NCBI GenBank assembly: GCA_964016885.1
Contig: OZ024749.1
Coordinates: 41,292,001-41,356,000, forward strand
Source of the DNA: Eledone cirrhosa
Taxonomy: Eukaryota
DNA length: 64,000 bases
Direction: 5' to 3'
How positions within the stretch are numbered: the stretch's first letter is position 1; every line of letters starts with the position of its first letter. The position numbers and the translations under genes were made by a program. Positions 43,869-64,000 of the stretch are shown piece by piece. The notes under the pieces are model-generated. The model saw only the letters and a list, made by a program, of their open reading frames with translations. It was not told the origin of the DNA and made no database searches.

Positions 43869-46800
43869 GTAAGTCCATCTTAACATATTGATCTATGTTT
43901 GAAACTTTATTACCTTGCAAATGTATATTTCCCTGTTTACATTCGACTCTATTTCAATCTCGTAACCATTTTCATGTTCGCCTGTCTTAGCATGTCGAGG
44001 GTAACTTAATATATAAGTGTAGTTTTGTAAGGAACGTGGTGTATATATGTCTATGTATATTTTTCTGTATATTATTGCTTCGCAAAATAATCCCTGTAGA
44101 TTATTTTATATAATTGTATATATTATGTTTACAACTAGAGGAAATAAAAAAAAAGACGCACTTGAGTATCTTGTTTCGACCTGACCAGTTTTTGTTTGGT
44201 TCCATGCAGGTCTGCCCTGATTTTTTTTTTTTTTTTGCAGACTTAATGATGGTGTTCCAGCCATGATCATCACCTTTTTAGTATATGTATGCGATTTGAG
44301 ATAATTTGACTGCGACCACATTTTATTCTGCGTTGTTGATGTTTAGCCCCAGTGTCGATTAATTAGACATATTAGACAAAAGCTTTCTAATCACAACCCT
44401 CCCGCCTATTATTATTATCATTGTTGTTCGGACTTCAATTATATCTGATATAGACTTAGATATCAGCTTGTTTGGGATGGTATTGCTGATTTAAGAAAAA
44501 TGTTGACTTATTTCTAGTTGATGAAGCAATCACGTTGTGGCTCCTCATAACCAAGGAAGTAACGATACATTTATAATAGATTAAATATTTATTGCTATGG
44601 GTGCAGGTAAGGTCAAGTGGTTGAGAAATTCGCTTCGCAACTATGAAGTCCCGTGTTCGATCTTTAACAAAGCTTTTTGTTTTCTACCATATCCTCGGTC
44701 AATGCAAGCCTTGTGAATAATATTTGGTAGACGTGGAAGCCCTTCGAGTGGACTGTACTTGTAATTCCAAAGTTCAGTCTTGTCACTAACACACACATAC
44801 CTTGTCACGTTGACTCTACCTGAGAAGGGCTACTCATTGTAAATATGGAATATCAGGCACATTTACACGTTGATTTGATGAATAAGTAGTTGATCGGACA
44901 AGTGAATGCTCATTAACAACGACCCACTACCATCATCATTATTTGTTTATGTACCAGTACATTACAAATAAAGTACCAGTAATGTACTGGGTATTTGATG
45001 GCCCTGTGCCAAACGTAGAAACCGGTAGAGGGTCAGACACCGTGCTTTGTAGCATAGAGTTTCGCCCTTTTACAGTTCAAATCCCGCCAAGGTTAACTTT
45101 GCTTTTCATCCTTACGGGGTCGATAAAATAAAGTACCAGTAATACACTGGGATAATTGTTGGCCTTGTGCCAAAAGTAGAAACAATTATTTGTCTATGTA
45201 GATCTCTTTTGGGTCAGGGTTGACATGGTGCTAATCAATGAAGTCGTGTCTACAATTTAGTGCCCCACACTCCCACCGATTATATTTTTTAATAAATTTC
45301 CTAAAAATGTATATTTTTTATGAAAATTTAGAGATACCTTTCCATGATGTCAATTATGATTATATTGGCGAAATTTCTATTTTTTTTAAATGATCGAAAA
45401 TATTTCATTATTTTCATTTTCTGCAATACCTAGTTATAGGAATGATTTTAAATTCATGTAAATTGTGGGTATGTGGCCTCTGGTTGGAGTGTTGGAATCA
45501 CGATCATAAGGTTCAAAGTTCGATTTCTGGATCAGGTGGCTAGTTGTATTCATTCTTAAGCAAGACACTTAATTTCACATTGCTTATCACGATAGAAGTG
45601 GGGACCCAATCATTAAAATACCTGAGAAACCTCCTATGAAATACAACCTTGTAAGAGACCAGCTAAACCTGCATAGGTGTGAGCTGTAACAACATGATAG
45701 TGCTGGGGGGTCCCTATAATTAAAGCACCCACGAAATTTCCTATGAAATGCAACCTTGTATGAGACCCGCTAAACCTCCACAGATGTAAACTGTAAAATT
45801 TCAAGTGAAAAGCATGTTTATTCTTAGCCTTCTATATACATATATATATAGTATGTGTGTGTGCGTTTGTTGCGGCTCGTATGTTTTTGCTCTCCTATTG
45901 TACTGACTTTTTGTACACTGTTTAATAATGGACAATAATAATTATTTCAGGATCATTTCAATGGATTAATTGCATCTGTATATGTACGTTAAGGTTAGGG
46001 TGTCCTAGTTGACTCGTGTGTGTTTATACACACACTCATGCCAAACGCATATCCTGTGAATGACATTTTCGTTTTCATATTTTGAGCTCTATTATTAATG
46101 ATACCTCAACTTAGTTATATGGGCCAATGTAGATTTTATGTTTGTATATGCTCTCACATAATTCATTTCAATTACCACTGCTGTTCATTAAATCGATATT
46201 TGCTCCTGCATAATTTCTGGTGCTTTTGTACCCAAGTTTAGCAGCCATTTTAATTCCCCCATGTCTCAGTCACCATGTGTGTTATACGTGGTGTGTATGC
46301 ATGTATTGTTTTGTGTTCCTGTGTATTATGTATATGTGGTGTAGGTATGTATGTATATATGTATATGCGTGGGGTGTGTGTGTATTTGTGGATGTCTTTA
46401 TTTCTATGTTCGTGTATAAATTATGTATGGTGATGTATGTATGTATATGTGCATGGCATGTGTGTATATATGTATTTGTGGTGTGTGTATGTGTTTATTT
46501 AATGAGGTAACTTACTTGGTAGTGTCTCAGTTAATGGCCACGAAAACACCACAGATTTATATTTCATCAGGGTTAATCTGTTGCGTCTCTCTCTCTCTCT
46601 TTCTCTGTTGTGATTTCAAATCGCCTAAGGATTGAATTTGCTATATTCATCCATCGTTGATCTATAAAACACTGCAACGAAGGAGCCTCTACATGCTTTA
46701 TCGATCTGTTAGAAATAACAACCAAATTCTATCAAATCACAAACACTACTGTCTTGAAAAAGGGATCTAAAGCATAACATGTCTGAAAATAAATGAGATG

Positions 46801-47778
46801 GTCACAACTGGGACGTCTTTTTCTCCTCCAACTATATGGGTGATCACAAATCAAGTTCACAAAAAAAAAATGCCTCTTCAGGCTTAATCTTGTTTGGGAC
46901 TAAACAATTATTGAAGTTTGCTCGTGTTAATATGATACTTGGTTGGAACATTACTAGTTGACAATACAAAATAGTAAGGAATTGAGGAAACTTGGTATTG
47001 TAATGGGGGTGCAGTGTAATCTGGAGTTTGAAAAACTTGGTCATGTTAATATGGTACCCAAGTGAGAAACTGCTAGATGGCATATATGGGGAAAAAATTG
47101 CGGAAACCTTGGATTGTAAGAAAAATGACCTAGTATGTTACTCATTCATTATAGTAGTTTTAAAGTAAGAAATTGGCATTTGTTCTGCTTCACAGTTTAA
47201 TAGTTCAGTTTCTATGAATTCCTTTAATTTTGTATTTGGTATGGCTAGGTACATGCTTGGCTGTGTAGTTAAAAGTTCACTTTGCAACCATGTGTTTTAG
47301 GGTTCGCTTCCACTGCATGATATATGGTGCGAGTGGCTTGGACTGAACAATGTTTTGTGGGTGAAATTTGGTAAATGGAATCTGCAGAAACTTGATGTGT
47401 GTGTGAGTGTATATAAATTTGAAAAAGTGTCCTACAATGAATAAATAATGGTGGGGGAAGACAGCAGAAAAACAGGCGAAACACAGTACACTCCCTTCTC
47501 ATAAGTCGACTGCTGGAGGTCTTTATGATCAATACCACTAGCTCCAGTGCACCTGTGACAGTAGCAAATGAACACAAAGCAGGACAATTGGTTTTCCGAC
47601 TATTTACAAATAAATAAAATTTGCTACAAACCATTGTACTGCAACTGGGAAGAAGAGATAGAAACAAGACCCACCATTTGTGTGTGTTTACCTTGCAGGT
47701 TTGAGGATAAAGATCAGTGTGATTTAAAAGCAAGTAAGGGTTACTGTCACAACGAGCAACATGCCATGGCAAATTACC

Positions 47779-47991
47779 TTAACTCTTTAGCATTTAAACT
47801 GGCCATATCCAGCCAGAATTCTCTCACCTTTTTCCTTTCAAACTGGCTGTAACCAGTCGGTCATGCTGATGTTGCGGTATGGTTCTCAAAATAAATATCA
47901 AAATCTCATAGGTTCAATATAGTGTGAGGTAGAGCCTTCACCATGAAAATATAATAGTAAATATAGGGTAATGTAAATGCTAAAAGGTTAA
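47779..47991. mobile_element. TTAA MITE
   Basis: Same family, TIRs flanked by TTAA. Confidence 0.8.
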
Positions 47992-48000
47992 AAAGAATAA

Positions 48001-62139
<14,139 letters not shown>

Positions 62140-64000
62140 GTGAGTTTATCATTTCTTTCTATTTTCTAAAATATAAACTTCACCGTAAATCTATTCGGTT
62201 GCTAAACTCTGTGTGTGTTGCTGTAACCAAACACCTGTGTGTGGATGTAGATATGTTTCATTTTTTATGCTAATTTAATGTCAACTTAACAAGTAAAATT
62301 GGTAGATGTTAAGAATTACTTTAAAACAATATATATATATTTATATATTTATTAAAATAACAGATTAAAGTTTAAGCAAAGAATCGCTGCTTTCACCCTT
62401 AACGGGATCTTCTGAAACTAACAAAGTCAATCTGTAAACGCAGAAGTGGATATTTCAAAAAACGTTGCTATATATATATATATAGCGTGGAAGATAGACG
62501 TTAAACGATGATGATGATTGTATAAATGTGGTTGGCAGTTGGAACGGCATCCAGCAGCCGTAAAAACACAGCCCCACTATGAGCAAGGCATGACGCGTCT
62601 AACTGGCCCGACCTTCCTCATAATGGGGTCACCCAGTTCCACACTCTGTGCTTGGTTGGTATTAGGAAGGGCATGCAGCTGTAAAACATCCCAGCCAAAA
62701 TACAGTTCTGTTTGAGCGAGGTTGAGCTGGCCAGACCTCTCATAATGGGGATGACCTGTCCAACCCATGCAAGCACGGAAAAATAGATGTTAAATGATAA
62801 TGATATATATAGGCACAGTCTAACCCATGCTAGCGTGGAAGATGGACGTTAAACGAGAATGATGACAGGCATTGCTTCGTGGTTATGACGTTTTCTTTGT
62901 AAGTGCATGGTTTTGCGTTTTACTATCACTGCGTGATACCTTGTACATATGTCTTCTACTATTGCCTTGAGTTGACCAATACCTTGAAAGTGCAGTTTGT
63001 AATCAGAAACTGTATAAAGAATGTCATACATATATATATGTGTGTGTTTTTGTCTCTGTGCCTTTGCTTCACATTCAACCTCAACTAATTGTGGCATTTC
63101 CCTTATATCTCATGTAACCAAGTTCTCTGGTTCAGCAGAAAAAGAAAGGTTGACTTCAGAAAGGAGATCTGGCAATGGATATACTACCTCAAAAAATCTT
63201 ATCCAACCCAGGCTGACATGGAATAGGGGGTGTAAAAATTATGATGGTGAAATGTAAAAATGAAATTTACAGTTCAAACTTTTGTAAGTTTGACTGGCCT
63301 CCTACAAGGTTACATTTCATAGAATTCTTGGGTCTTTTTAAGAATGGAGACCCCAATCTTATCTTGAAATGCAATGTGAAATGAAGTATCTTGCTCAAGA
63401 ACACATGTCACATGGTTTAGGAATTGCACTCACAACCTTATGATTGTGAGTCCAGCACCCTAATCATTAGGTCTTCCCTTGGTTTATAGTAGAAGTTAGC
63501 CATTTGATGTTACAGCGTCACATATGCAGTCTTATAAACATAACAGATTTACAACACTGTTATTTTGTAATTCTGAATTTAATATTTCACTACCTGTGTT
63601 CTTCTGCCTTAAACACTGATGGATTGTTAATTAGCTCTGATGTCAGTGAAGTTAGTAATATGAAAGGCACCCAACTGTAGAAACCATGCCAAAACTGGAA
63701 CTATATAAGCTAGATATCTCTGGCTCATCTAGGAGGACTAGCTCTGATTAAGTAATGGCTTGGTCTGTGATGGTCTGTCCAGCCTATGTAAGCATAGAAA
63801 AAGACATTCAGGCAAGATGTATTGAGTTTAAACAAAAAAAAATGGCTTCATCAATTTATATATTAAAAGCGTGTGTGCGTGTGTGTAAATATCTGAGCAG
63901 GTTTTGTTGGTTAACAGATTTTGTTTTTAATTGAAATTTAAAAAAATCAAGCAAATTAAGTTTTAAAAAAAAGAATGTTGAAAAGCTATCTACTGTATTT

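Overview
AT-rich, microsatellite-dense animal genomic DNA. The repeat repertoire suggests a coleoid cephalopod such as Octopus, which is an inference. Most ORF-track entries are microsatellite artefacts. Three genes can be built by hand. (1) A Shark/HTK16-type tyrosine kinase (SH2-ankyrin-SH2-kinase; + strand; 18 coding exons 14383-38086; about 690 codons; 5'-most exon not found). (2) A full-length U6 snRNA gene with a TATA box (41645-41751, +). (3) An RBMX/hnRNP G-like gene (ATG 48100; 9 coding exons to 62139; continues past the window). Introns and intergenic DNA hold CR1- and RTE-clade LINE fragments, SINEs, a TTAA-flanked MITE family and many minisatellites. The most unusual signal is a set of Penelope-type minimal type I hammerhead ribozyme motifs, mostly in inserts bounded by (TA)n. 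A ~375-bp near-perfect palindrome in a kinase intron carries an intact hammerhead on each strand. Another hammerhead has its stem II loop expanded into a ~590-bp tandem array. Also noted are a probable GC-AG intron and a candidate stop-containing alternative RBMX exon. All folding was done by eye and no activity is shown.
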